DNA of 61,895 nt, filler included, from Stramenopiles sp. TOSAG23-3 (Eukaryota): NCBI GenBank assembly GCA_900128585.1. It is 5 parts of 5 records of this genome, joined end to end, with 100 filler letters (N's around TTAATTAATTAA, not from the genome) between each part and the next. Parts side by side here need not be neighbours in the genome. Positions count along the whole stretch, not along the records: positions 27,716 to 55,301 come from LT642259.1; 4 more parts are not named here. One strand, written 5' to 3'. Of the stretch, positions 40,711 to 52,202 are shown piece after piece. The notes beneath the pieces are model-generated. The model did not search any database. It saw nothing but the letters and a program-made list of their open reading frames with translations, and had not been told where the DNA came from. Position 1 is the first letter of the stretch. Every line of letters starts with the position of its first letter. Position numbers and translations under genes: made by a program.

Positions 40711-43700
40711 TTAGCTCTCTTCCCCACTGCTGTAGAAACCACCATCGGCCCCAGATGCGTAAGCATCGCTATCAGTAGAGTAAAACGACGACTCTTGGTC
40801 CGAAGTGCTGCTGCCTGCACCGCCTGCAAAAGCTCTTCGCCGACCCCGGAGGCGGGTGTAATCCTGTTCTTTCCACCACGGTTGAAATGTCCATACTGCC
40901 CGAGCCTCCAAAGTATTGTAAAAATTGCCCCCAAATAATACGATGGAGTCGTGACTAAAATTGCATGCCCCGAAGCGCGACCTTTCTGTTGGCAAGAACG
41001 ACGGCAGACCATTGTTTGCTTCGGCAGCATTGTCCAATGCAAGGACTTTCACTGACCGTTTAAAGGAATCTAATTGGCCACGTCTGGACTGTTCGACGAC
41101 TTTTTCACGTATTTGTTTACTTTTATACAATCTTTTTAACGGTTTGTATGCCTTCAATGCGACCTTAGCAAGCTCAGAATTGCTGGATGCATCATTCAAT
41201 GCTCGCATCATGTCATCTTTAGACGGTCCAAATGCTTTATCCTCGCCTTCATCGTTTTTTTTCTTTGCTGCCAGTTTCATACTTTTGTTGCTTGATACCT
41301 TTCCTTTCGCGTCCAACTCTGCTCGATTGTACAGAATTTCACAAAAGTATTCATAATTTACTTGCCTCCAGCTATCATCAACGGAGGGTAGCAAGAGCGG
41401 CGTGCTCCAGCACAACGTTTCCAAATCAAGAATATGAATATCCATGACCTCATGGTACATGTCCTTTTGGTCGCACACAGAGACCTTGCGTTTAGCAACT
41501 TTTGAGGGGACAATTCCTCCGACAATCATCATTTTCAATGATCGCCCAAAGTAGTTTTGCTCGTGCGACTCGTGTTTCGCGTCTGTCACGTCATCATCTA
41601 CATCACTGTCAAAGCCTACGGTGATGGTGCCCTTTTTTACGCCCTGTGCGCCTCGTGCACTTAAGAACGACCGGGACTTTTCGTACGGCTCTAATCGAAC
41701 AGCAGAGTGGCCAAACCGAGGGGATGGTGGCGTACCACCCTGCGTAACAAACAGTTTTGTCTCCCCCCTTGTATGTTGACCTTTTTTCGGCACAACATTT
41801 CCCTTCTCCACCACTTCCTTTGCGAAGTAGACGGTGAACAAAGAATTTGTCGCTTCCCCCTTCCAAGTCCCCCCAAACATCAAGGCCTCTTCCCGACTTT
41901 CATTATATGCAACAATGCTGTGGCCGACTCGCGCGAATGCACTATTTTGGAGTTGCCTCCATCGCATTTTCTCCGAACCAGTGTTCAATGCTAGACTATT
42001 TTCCTGGTACGCCCCATCGCTGTAGCCACCGACAATATAGAGGGTTCGCCCAAAGCAAATAGCAGCATGTCCCATACGGGTCGTTCCAAGTTTGTTTGAC
42101 TTACTTTGCAACGTAACGGGTTTCCACGTGCACCACTTTCCTTGGTCCGAGCCAATGGACGGGGACGAGAGCATTTGGGCCAGTTGTGCAGCATCCACGG
42201 ACAGATGCCATAATGCACTTGCACCAGGGGTTCCGTTGACTAAACCGCCAAACACCAAAAAGGACGAAGTATGAGAATTTGAGGGCCCAAAGGCGCTTTT
42301 TTCGTCATAAATTGGTGTCACAGTATGGCCATGAAATCCCGACTTTAAAAGAGGCGAGTGGTGCAGGCTTTTTGAGTTCGACATCTTGATAGCGCGCCAC
42401 TGAAGGTCATCGTGGCGAGACGGGATCGCACCAGTTTCCGCGCCAACAGAAGTTTCATCTGAAACTTTGCCTCGGCACAGTACATACGCACCGTCAGAGT
42501 ATGCTTTTTTCGATAGAGCCGATGATTCTGCATTGGATTTAACGTGTTTTGCAGACTTCAGGGAGGATCCGCCCAGAAGCAAAAACATCCTAATCGCTTT
42601 ATGGGCAGAGCTTTGGGACTGCAATTGTTTGCTTAGAACTGGAGTCAATGTACAACCATGCCTAGCGGAAGGCCACACGTCTGGAAACTGCAATGGCAGG
42701 ACGTCTTCAGTGGGGCTGACCACTGTGCTACTTCGTGAAATGGTAGCACCAGTATTTATTTGCCACGTAAAAGAAACGTCCAGGTCAGCATAGTGCAAGT
42801 CCCCAAACTGACGCTTTCGGTCACTTCCACCGAAAACGTACACCCGTTGCACGGGTACATTAAGTGAATTTACCCCCCCCCCCTGCTTGACATATTTTGC
42901 GAGTTAGGTTAGGGAACGACACCATTGTATGGCCAATTCGTGGGCACGGGGTACGCTTCCAGTAAATATTGTCCACTTCTGCCATCCTGGAGTCCTCTGC
43001 AACTGCATCTTTTGTCGTCGCCTTTCCGACAGATGGGATTTTCACCCATTTAATGCGATATTCAGCAGTAGCCCCAAGAGTGGCCGAAGCTTTATCTGCA
43101 TGAAACTCTAACACGAAAGTTTCATTGCAAAGCCCTGCACTGGCACCTGAGTCGTCTGCCTTCTTCTCTTTGTTTCTAATTGTGCCTCCAAAAACTAAAA
43201 TTTTGTAGGGCTGACCGGTGCCAGTGATTGCAGATGGTGGAAGAGCACTGGTTCCATTATTTGAACCCTGATTGCCACCGCCACCCTGTTTGCTTCCCCC
43301 CGAGTGCTTTGAAAGTGCACTTACATTTACGGAGCTCAAGCACGTGCTAGCATATAGGTACCTGCATGAGGGAGGGTCAAAGGGCGCACGAAAAGAGGGG
43401 AGCTCCCACCATCGTTTCTCACCTACTAAGTTGACCATGAAGACGGACATGCAGGTATCACTTGCGCTCCCACCTAAAACGATCAGATTGTTTCGAAGGA
43501 CATGCAGGCTATAATTTGGGCTGGGCTTGGGAGCTGTTCCTGCTATGTTTGCAAGTTCCGACCAATGACCAGTTTTAGGAGAAAATTCGTAGAGGTCATT
43601 GTAGTCATTGATACCATCGGTGCCACCAAAGAGAAACATGCGGTCTTCGAATGCGGTTGCACTGTGACCCAGCCGAGAAGAGGGGGGGCGCCCAGTTGTT

Positions 43701-44083
43701 TTCACCACTTTCCAGGTTAAAGGATCGTTTGCCGTGTCTAAGCAAAACAGGTCATTGCCCCCCTTCACCCCGCCAAACACGTATATATCAGAACCAATGG
43801 CAACGGCAGTGTGCCGACTCCGGGCTGCAAATGCCCCTCCTCCTGATGTCGGTATACTCTCTCCTGTGCGCAGGGATGCGACATCCCAGCGAGCAGACAT
43901 GGGGTTGCCGCTTTCTAAATCTCGAAGTTGAATTTTTTTTACATCACTAAAAAACTTTTCAGAATTGGTCCCGCCGATAATATACAAGTAGTCCCCAACT
44001 AAAGTGGAAGAATGAAAGTTGCGTGGGGGACACAATTTATTTGAGGAGTCAAAGCCAACGCAACGGGTCCATTCCAATGCCAT
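40711..44083 (-). CDS. Large kelch-repeat protein, split into two ORFs by a one-base frameshift in a G11 run (42873-42883)
   Basis: Many R..H....(Y/F)(V/L)FGG..W units in both ORFs; one kelch unit (PRIGHTMV...RVYVFGG) straddles the break, and G10 would fuse the frames. Confidence 0.82.
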
Positions 44084-44738
44084 ATTCCCTGTCTTTCAAC
44101 AGGAGCAAGTACAACCCTTTGAAGCTTTTGAAAAAATCGGCGCACAGAATAATAAATATATAATGAATATAAATGCCTGCTCACTTTTCGAATTTGGAAG
44201 GTACTTGTGAAAGACCCCCCTTCACATTTTTAATTCCTACTAAAAATCGATTTTATATTACATTACGTAATCCATTTTTAAAAAAATAAATAATAAAAGA
44301 ATCTAAAAAATAAGTAATATAAATATACATGTACACCTTGGTACATCACAAAATAATAAGAAGAGGAAAAAAAAAAGAAAAGAATTTTTTATAAATTAAA
44401 AAAAAAGATCACTCACCCCCACAATAACACAAAAAATAAAAAAACCACCACCCTCATTCCTTCTTAGGACTATCTTCAAGAAGGCTTCTTTTCGTATAAT
44501 AAAAAACAAATTATATAGTGTAATACTTCGAGTATTATTACCAGTTATATTTAGGAATAACATGGTATGATGGTAGACCTACCTCGTACATCTCAATTAC
44601 ACTATAAACACAGTACGTTCCTTACCTGGGTACAGGTACCTGGTACTGGTTATTGCTAGCAACACTTCGTAAGATAATAAAGTCGACCAAAGAATATAAT
44701 AACACAATTAAAATATAAAAACAAACAAAAAAACAAAA

Positions 44739-47700
44739 TCACTCGTCTTCCTCATTATTCCTGCGCTTGTAAAAAAGGACATACGCGTTGGCGGTAACCA
44801 GAGCCTTTTCGCTAATTTCCGACACGGAGGCATCGTCAAAACAGTACCATTTCTTTGTTCCTTGGTTTTTCGCGTAAGCAGTGTAATGGCCACCACCCAG
44901 CCCTCCCATGTGGTTGGAGATGGCGTACAGATCGTAAACCGAGCCTTTGTCGGCGTCTATCGGACCAGTCACGTATGGCTCCATTTCCAAACCCTTGATA
45001 GGGAAGTGGACCACGCTAGTAACTTTCTCTCTGTGAACACTGTACGTCCCTCGCTCATAGCTAAATCGTTTGAGCTGGATAATCAAAATTTCGGGCAGAC
45101 TCCATATTGCCATCTCTTTGAAAGCCTGGACGTGCTTCTTGCTAAAGGGGGAATACCACATGTCGTTCTCGCCCAGTTGCTCTCTTGATTTGTATTTTTG
45201 TAGGCAAACGTCAAGGGTTAATTTTTTTGGGGAATTTGGGCTGGCGTTATCTGTATCGGCAACTTGACTTTCGTGCATTGGGGCACTCTTCCCTGAAAGT
45301 TTTGGAATACTAAGAATTTTGGTGCCTTCGTCGTTCACGAGCACCCTGATACAAAATTGCGAACTAGAGCTGCGGTAAGAGTACGAGTAGGAGGATCGCT
45401 TCTGCGCGCCAATTATATCCAAGAGGCGGACCGCGTCGTCGTTTGGGATGTCGTCGTATTCAGTGTACGCCTGTTGGTCGATCAGACGCAAATCAAAAAG
45501 TGACTTGGTTCCCTCGCCTACCTTTGCACCACTCTCGTCCCCGGTCAAAGGCGCTGTTTCAGCATCGCCTGAGGCCGAGACTTCGATATTGGTACCATTT
45601 AACAACGGCGATATAAGCTTGTCTACTTGATCCCAAACGTGCTTGCCTGAGGCGTCCGACGGCAGGGTGAGAACTACCGGTTCTCCGATATTTTCTGGTT
45701 TGGCGTAAGTGCTGTAGGAGTACTTTACGTTCTGGCTAAACACAAGATAGACTTGGAAAGTCGGGCCGGCGGTCCCATCATTTGAAAGAGTTCCCGCCTC
45801 GCTGGACTCCGTTTCCTGCTGTTTCGAGGCGCCCTTGGATTTTTTGTGCTCTTTCCACAGTTTCAGGGCACTCCCTTGGGTAAAAGCATTCTCGTGATCC
45901 AGCTCATAGATTCTAATAATGTCGCCTCTCCCTAGAGATTTGACGTCGATGTTTACTTCAACATTGTCGCTGTCACTCTCAGCTGGAAAGTACAACATTT
46001 TGTAAACTTTGTGGGCGTGCACTTCTACGCAGCAAAGCCTCGATAGAGGGATCGATGTGGCATCGGCGACAAGCTCTACGAATTTCTTCATCCCGCCTCT
46101 TTTGTCCGCCGTGAGGTCAAACACCCTCGCCGCCGCTGGCCCGCCGTTGCTACTGTTGGGGACGAACGTGACCGTCAGATCGTAGTCGTTTGAAATCGGT
46201 ATAGGAACGCTTATACTACTGAAGGGATCAAACGTCACCGAGCTTTTTCCGTTGAAAGGATCTGTTAAATGCGACCGCAACTGCCCGTACATTGTGTCGA
46301 CGAAATGGCTACGGTTTCGTTGTAAGAACGCGTCCCAACTCTCTCTGGCCACGATTTCATCGGGCCGACCCCCGTGCTCAACCCCCTCCGTGTAAGGCTT
46401 GTTCTTCACACGGTTTAAATCCTCGTGCAAAGAGTCTACTAACGCGTTCAACAATTCTTGGGAGTCCTGCTGTTGGTACCCTTGAAACTGCATGTTGACT
46501 CTTCCCATTTCCTCCTTCACCTCCCGCGGCGCGACGCTTTTGTCTTGCCCTTCCCACAGTTCTTTCAACAAGTTGGCATAGGACCTGGCAAGTTTCCCCC
46601 CCGTGCCAAGTATGTTTCTCAAATTAACATCCCCCTCGAATTTCCCGGACAAAAAAAAGTCTGTGACGACCGTCGTGTTGGACATACACTGCAATATGCT
46701 ATTCATGTAGCAAGTGTTCCCCAGGTTCCTCAGCCCTACTAACCCAGGAGCTTCCGCTTCCCCCGAAGAGTTGTACATATTTCTCCTGTACAGACCGCCC
46801 GTCCCGCGACTTTTGGGTTTCTTTAAGTGCGTGTACAGCGGCATCAACCTTTCGCTGTTTAGGGGCACCCAGCACGCAAATTCTGGCCTTTCCATGAATT
46901 TGTTCTTTATATACACACGTTCGTTGCCTTCCACTGCGCGGTCAATTTTCTTCACGCTCGCCTCGAACCACCTCATGTTGCTGCCCCCCGCTTCAATCTC
47001 GCATTTGTACTCGATTCCCTCGTTCGCCTTCAGCTGGGACCGCCAATCAGGCACTTTTGTAAAGCGGGGCATGATCCGTTCGGACATTCGCGGTATCCAT
47101 TCATCAAAAGTCGACTTCCACCCGTGGAAGTGTACCCTCAGCTCTTCTTCCGACTCCGCGTTGGGTTCTGCAGTGCTGTCGTAGTCCGGCCCCCGTGCAA
47201 TCGGCCTTACGTCCATAACTTTGCTCTCAAACCATTTGGGAACGTACTCTGGTTCGTCTGGCTTTCGCTCTGGAGCAGTGTCTTGGGCATCGCAGGTATC
47301 CCCGACCTTTAGCCGGCTCCGCCACCCAGGTACGTCCTCGATTTCCACGTCGGCGTCCGCCTTTGGGCCTCGTATCCAATGCCCATCACGCCCTTTGCTT
47401 TCCAGCATAATGTCGTGCAAAGCAAGCGGTTCGTCGTCGTCGCCGATGTCGCTCGCTCTGTTGTTGTTCTGTTTTTTCTGGAACCAGGCCTTCAGGACAT
47501 CCTGGGACAGGATTTTCCACGAATCGTCCTCCTCCGCGGCTTTCTCGTCCACTTCGCCATCGTTCCCCTCCGGCGTCCGGCGGTACCACGCACGAAGTTT
47601 CAGCGCGTTCGTGGTGTCCAGTTGCACTTTTGCCTTGTCGATAACGTTGGGAAGGGTGTCTCTCTTTCCAAACACAAGGACGCGCTTTGGGGCGCTAGTA

Positions 47701-48188
47701 TCGCGCTGACCGTTGCCGTTGTCGCAATTGAACAAGTTGCAGCACATGGGGTACAGGTCGATGGTGACTTCCGTTCGCGAGAACATGGAGCGCTTCGGAA
47801 GTTCGTATGTCTCGCGTTTTATTTCGTGGGCCTCGCTGACGATTCCGTGCTCGGCTTTCAACGTGAAGTACACGTCTTCGGGGACCAGTTCGTAGTCGAA
47901 AGACTCTTGCAAGTTTTGCTTCAGCGAACTCCACGGCAAGATCAAGTTTGGCGACAGAGGGTTCAACAAGTGCTCGTTGTCTATCTGGCCAGGGGCCGGG
48001 GCTGCGTCAGAGTCACGCAGGTGGAACGCTCTGGCCTGGTTGTACCACTTCAGGCTGAGCACGTACCACTTTTCCCCTCGTTTGACCGGGCTTTGCCTCT
48101 GCCTCAGTTTGGATGCCAATTCTACCGCCGAAAGGGCAGTTGCTTTCTCCGCGCCATCAGCGCTTTGTCCAGACGCCAACGACGACAT
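44739..48188 (-). CDS. Ubiquitin C-terminal hydrolase, USP4/11/15-like (DUSP + tandem chromo-barrel/Agenet-like insert + C19 catalytic domain)
   Basis: DUSP (GEKWYVLSLKWY..PGQIDN..L), Cys box GLRNLGNTCYMNSILQC, QQDSQE, LHEDLNRV, LKRF, His box YDLYAISNHMGGLGGGHYTAYAK..WYCFDD..AYVLFY. Confidence 0.93.
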   Translation of the reverse strand: MSSLASGQSADGAEKATALSAVELASKLRQRQSPVKRGEKWYVLSLKWYNQARAFHLRDSDAAPAPGQIDNEHLLNPLSPNLILPWSSLKQNLQESFDYELVPEDVYFTLKAEHGIVSEAHEIKRETYELPKRSMFSRTEVTIDLYPMCCNLFNCDNGNGQRDTSAPKRVLVFGKRDTLPNVIDKAKVQLDTTNALKLRAWYRRTPEGNDGEVDEKAAEEDDSWKILSQDVLKAWFQKKQNNNRASDIGDDDEPLALHDIMLESKGRDGHWIRGPKADADVEIEDVPGWRSRLKVGDTCDAQDTAPERKPDEPEYVPKWFESKVMDVRPIARGPDYDSTAEPNAESEEELRVHFHGWKSTFDEWIPRMSERIMPRFTKVPDWRSQLKANEGIEYKCEIEAGGSNMRWFEASVKKIDRAVEGNERVYIKNKFMERPEFACWVPLNSERLMPLYTHLKKPKSRGTGGLYRRNMYNSSGEAEAPGLVGLRNLGNTCYMNSILQCMSNTTVVTDFFLSGKFEGDVNLRNILGTGGKLARSYANLLKELWEGQDKSVAPREVKEEMGRVNMQFQGYQQQDSQELLNALVDSLHEDLNRVKNKPYTEGVEHGGRPDEIVARESWDAFLQRNRSHFVDTMYGQLRSHLTDPFNGKSSVTFDPFSSISVPIPISNDYDLTVTFVPNSSNGGPAAARVFDLTADKRGGMKKFVELVADATSIPLSRLCCVEVHAHKVYKMLYFPAESDSDNVEVNIDVKSLGRGDIIRIYELDHENAFTQGSALKLWKEHKKSKGASKQQETESSEAGTLSNDGTAGPTFQVYLVFSQNVKYSYSTYAKPENIGEPVVLTLPSDASGKHVWDQVDKLISPLLNGTNIEVSASGDAETAPLTGDESGAKVGEGTKSLFDLRLIDQQAYTEYDDIPNDDAVRLLDIIGAQKRSSYSYSYRSSSSQFCIRVLVNDEGTKILSIPKLSGKSAPMHESQVADTDNASPNSPKKLTLDVCLQKYKSREQLGENDMWYSPFSKKHVQAFKEMAIWSLPEILIIQLKRFSYERGTYSVHREKVTSVVHFPIKGLEMEPYVTGPIDADKGSVYDLYAISNHMGGLGGGHYTAYAKNQGTKKWYCFDDASVSEISEKALVTANAYVLFYKRRNNEEDE

Positions 48189-49232
48189 CCCTTTTTGCCA
48201 GAAACGCCTGTTTTTGAAAACTAAGTATTTGAAAACGAAGCGTGAGAAGGTTCTTACGCACAAGATGTAGATATTGTTAGTAAACGTGTGCCAATAATAA
48301 GAACAACATAAATTTCCTTGACGTATGCGGAAACGTGAAGAAAGAAAGGGACGTCAACGTCAAATGATTAAACAATCAATCTTTCCTTTCCTTCCTTTCC
48401 TTCCTTTCGACTTTTGAAAGTATGTATTTCTATATTTTATATATTATTTATTTAATTAATAAAAAAAAAAAAGATTCTTCTTCTTCTTCCGATAATAAAC
48501 CTAATTAATAATAAAAAATATTCATTCTTCTTCCTTCTACCCTTCTACTACCTTCGACCTCTTTAAAGGAATAAGGCATATCCATTCAAGATATATTGTA
48601 CTTATCCTATTTTGTAATAGTTATAAATAGTTAATAAACAATATCAAATAAAAAAACAGACTATTATTCATTTAGTACTATTTTCCTTAATTTATGAAGC
48701 AACGAGGAATCCTTTTTCTGGTTTTATAGTATTATAAGTATACACATTTACGTAGTTAATTATTGTTATCGTAATTAATTATTATAACATGGATACACTA
48801 TAGAATTAACACTTTGACACGCACAAGCCATACAAAATATATACTTGTTAGTATATTTAGAATATAGATATTATATAGGTTTTATAATATAATTTTTCAA
48901 GAATATTACAAACTGCGTACTACCTCCTTGTAATGAAAGTACACAGGTAATTAGAAAAACAACTGAAATTTTAACTAAATACACAATGAGAATAGAGCGA
49001 ATTAAACAAGCAGCCTCCCTCTTCCTTATTTTAACACTTGCTCTACTCCTGTTAAATACAATACCATAACAATACCATACTTCTCTTTCTCTTTTCTTTA
49101 TAAATAGGCTTTTTTTACGAGGCAGGTGGGGTCTTTTTTTATTATAATAAATAATAATACAATGTATTTCATGAAGGACGTCAGCTGCCATGTGCTTGCT
49201 ACACAGACAGCTGTCGTCTATTGAAGATGATA

Positions 49233-49462
49233 GAAGAAGAAGAAAGAAGAAGAATTAAAAGAAGAAGAAAGAATTAAAAGAAAGAAGAAGAATTAAAAGA
49301 AGAAGAATTAAAAGAAGAAGAAGAAAGAATTAAAAGAAGAAGAAGAAAGAAGAAGAATTAAAAGAAGAAGAAGAAAGAAGAAGAAGAAAGAAGAAGAATT
49401 AAAAGAAGAAGAAAGAAGAAGAATGAAAGAAGAAGAATTAAAAAAAAAAAGAAGAAGAAGAA
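49233..49462 (+). repeat. Purine-rich compound microsatellite (GAA)n interleaved with GAATTAAAA
   Basis: Direct reading. Confidence 0.9.
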
Positions 49463-49880
49463 GCGCTCATCATTTTTTCTTCTGCATCACCTTCTTCACT
49501 CTTCAATTTAGAAAAAAGGAAGAACCAATTTTGAAATGTAAAATATGTTAAGGCATTATTATAATATATATATAGCTTAATGATAAAAATATAATGAAAA
49601 GATTAATTTAAAATTATTATAAGTATATTCCTTAATTCTTGTTCACGTTCTTCGTCGTTATCGTGTCGTCGATCATCAACATATTATATAAGCTATATAT
49701 ATTTACTACAGAAAATTAGAAGAAGTTAGAAAAATGAAACATCCGTCAAAATGTAAAATAAATGGATGAACCAACGAATAATTAAAGTTCACGTTAGTGA
49801 TAAGTCCAAGGCTAGTCCGCTCGTCGAACTAATATTTCTAGTGCAGTAGGTATTTGGTTTGCTCGCGACAGAAAAGGCCA

Positions 49881-51890
49881 ATGGCAGAGAACGGAGAAGA
49901 AGAAGCCAAAAAGTTGGAGGAGGGTGCGGCCGTGGTAGTAGGCCCGGCGGAGGAACCTTTGGCCAGCGCGACTGCGGACAATGTGCTGGAAGTGCCGTCG
50001 GGGGCGGATACGAGTGCGAACGAAGAAAAGAATGAAAATGTGGACAAACAAGGGTTAGCTGAGGTGGATCCCAAGGACGTTGCCCCGAGCTTGGCGAACC
50101 CTAAAACGCCGAAAGTGGGGGAACCAAATAGAAAGCGACCTGCCTCGATCATAACCAACCCGGCCGAGTTGAAGGGCATGACGCCATCCCTGGTCCCGAG
50201 GCCTAGGGACTTCGTGAAGCTGCAAATGCTCGGAAAAGGCGATGTAGGAAAAGTGTTCCTTGTGACCCCCCGCAAAGCAGTGTGGCATGCATCCCCGAGG
50301 GCAAAGCAGGAAATGAAAAACGGCGGCGAGGGGAAACTATTGATGACCCCGGAAGTGCTGAGGCAAATGTCGGCGATATCGAGAGCGGCGGTGTCGGAGA
50401 GCCGTGGGAGCAAGTCCAGGAGCGACGCTGGGAACACGGGGGGAAGGAGAAGCACGGATGCGGCGAAGGAGATGCCGTTGCCAACGGAATTGTTCGCGAT
50501 GAAAGTGGTGAACAAGAAGGACGTTATCAAACGCGGCAAAGCGAAACGTGTTATGTTGGAGCGGGACATACTGGCATCCACCAACCACCCTTTTATAGTA
50601 ACAATGTACAGGGCCATGCAAACGAAGGACCGGTTGTATTTTTTTTTGCAGTACTGCCCCGGAGGGGAGTTTTTTCGCATGCTTCGCCGGCAACCAAAGA
50701 AGCGAATCCCGGAGTCCTATGCGAAGTTTTATGCTTCAGAAATTTTGTTAGCGATTGAATATCTGCATTTGCTAGGTTTTATATACAGGGATTTGAAACC
50801 AGAAAATATACTAGTTCACATGAGCGGCCATTTGATGCTTGCCGATTTTGACCTAGCCCGGTGCCAGACTAGTAGCGGCAAAGATGGCAAGCCTCTTCAA
50901 GGCGTTTCTCCTGGCATTCAGAGAAGAAAAAACAGGTCGAAGAAGAGTGGCTTCGAAGTGCCTCGTTTGTCGAACGGAAGGGCCAGCAACATTATTTCTG
51001 GTGGGGGCAGGAATAGAACAAATAGAAGCGGAAACTGCTTTTCGCGCTTGTGCGGTGGGGGCAGCCACGTCCTGGGTGAAGACAGCCCTGTCGTTGACAC
51101 GGAGTCCCAACTCGACTCACAAAACGGGGCAAACCGAGCCATGTCGTTCGTCGGAACCGTTGAGTACATCGCCCCGGAAGTGATAGAGAACAAAGGGTAT
51201 GCGGGCTCCGTCGACTGGTGGACCTTCGGCATTTTGCTGTTTGAGATGCTCCACGGGACGACTCCATTCAAGGGGAAAGACACGGACGACACGTTTGCAA
51301 ACATATATTTGGGAGACTTTGAGTTTCCAAGGAGTATTCAAACATCCGAGGAGTGCAAAGACCTGCTGAGGCTCTTATTAGCCAAGGAGATGAAGGACCG
51401 CTTGACCTCGCCCCACATAATCAGGGACCACCCGTTCTTCCACGGGGTTAACTGGGCGTTGCTGCGGAATCAGAAACCTCCCATCATCCCAGAAGTGAGG
51501 CACCCGTTGGACACGCGAAATTTTCGGTCATTCAAAGACATTGTTGAATCCGACGACGAATTTCTTAAGCGCGGAAATGGCGACGTCGCTCTATCCATTC
51601 CATCGGACGAGGCAGAACAAGCCAAGCCGACTGCTGCTGCTGAGGGTGGGGACGATGACGTCATCGAAATCCTAACGCCCGGAAAAAATGCGAATGCAGC
51701 CGACAAAGACGTTTTTGAAGGTTTTGACTGGGTCAGTCCGCGGCAGGAAGATCCACATTGGGACGATTTGAAACGCTGCGCGCGCACTCCCAAGAAATTG
51801 TCAATACAAGAAAGTGTTTTAAAAATGCGCATTAAGGAGTCAGCGACCAACACCCCATTGCATGGAGATGCCAAACCTTCCAAGAAATAA
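49881..51890 (+). CDS. AGC Ser/Thr kinase, phototropin/NRC-2/Fpk1-like (DFD) group, no LOV domains
   Basis: GKGDVG, FAMK, YRDLKPEN, DFDL, SFVGTVEYIAPE, HPFFHGVNWALLR..PP.IP. Confidence 0.92.
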   Translation: MAENGEEEAKKLEEGAAVVVGPAEEPLASATADNVLEVPSGADTSANEEKNENVDKQGLAEVDPKDVAPSLANPKTPKVGEPNRKRPASIITNPAELKGMTPSLVPRPRDFVKLQMLGKGDVGKVFLVTPRKAVWHASPRAKQEMKNGGEGKLLMTPEVLRQMSAISRAAVSESRGSKSRSDAGNTGGRRSTDAAKEMPLPTELFAMKVVNKKDVIKRGKAKRVMLERDILASTNHPFIVTMYRAMQTKDRLYFFLQYCPGGEFFRMLRRQPKKRIPESYAKFYASEILLAIEYLHLLGFIYRDLKPENILVHMSGHLMLADFDLARCQTSSGKDGKPLQGVSPGIQRRKNRSKKSGFEVPRLSNGRASNIISGGGRNRTNRSGNCFSRLCGGGSHVLGEDSPVVDTESQLDSQNGANRAMSFVGTVEYIAPEVIENKGYAGSVDWWTFGILLFEMLHGTTPFKGKDTDDTFANIYLGDFEFPRSIQTSEECKDLLRLLLAKEMKDRLTSPHIIRDHPFFHGVNWALLRNQKPPIIPEVRHPLDTRNFRSFKDIVESDDEFLKRGNGDVALSIPSDEAEQAKPTAAAEGGDDDVIEILTPGKNANAADKDVFEGFDWVSPRQEDPHWDDLKRCARTPKKLSIQESVLKMRIKESATNTPLHGDAKPSKK

Positions 51891-52202
51891 TTTACGAAGT
51901 AAAAACTGTAGTGTTTGAGAGTTAAGTGTTGAGGGAGCTATTACTTTGTGGCTCTGTTGTATGAATGAAAAGTAAAAAGTTATACTACACACGCGGAGAT
52001 ACATTCATAACTTAAGATGCAGAGCCGTAAGAATTTTTATGATATGAGTAAGAATTACCCGTAAGATACTTCGCATAAGTTTACGAATTATGTAATTTTC
52101 GTGTAACTTACGAATGACGCGGTACACGAGAAAAGCTAAATTTTAATTTATCATACTTCAATAACAGCCAATTTTTTGTTTTTTAGTTTTAATGCGATTA
52201 GA

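Noticed and set aside
44619..44650. CTTACCTGG resembling the U1 snRNA 5' end
   Set aside because: No U1 stem-loops or Sm site follow; lies in a degenerate ACCTGGT repeat.
47379..48224. 281-aa antisense ORF within the USP gene
   Set aside because: Antisense shadow of GC3-rich codons; no recognisable motifs.
49838..50680. 280-aa antisense ORF within the kinase gene
   Set aside because: Antisense shadow; no motifs.
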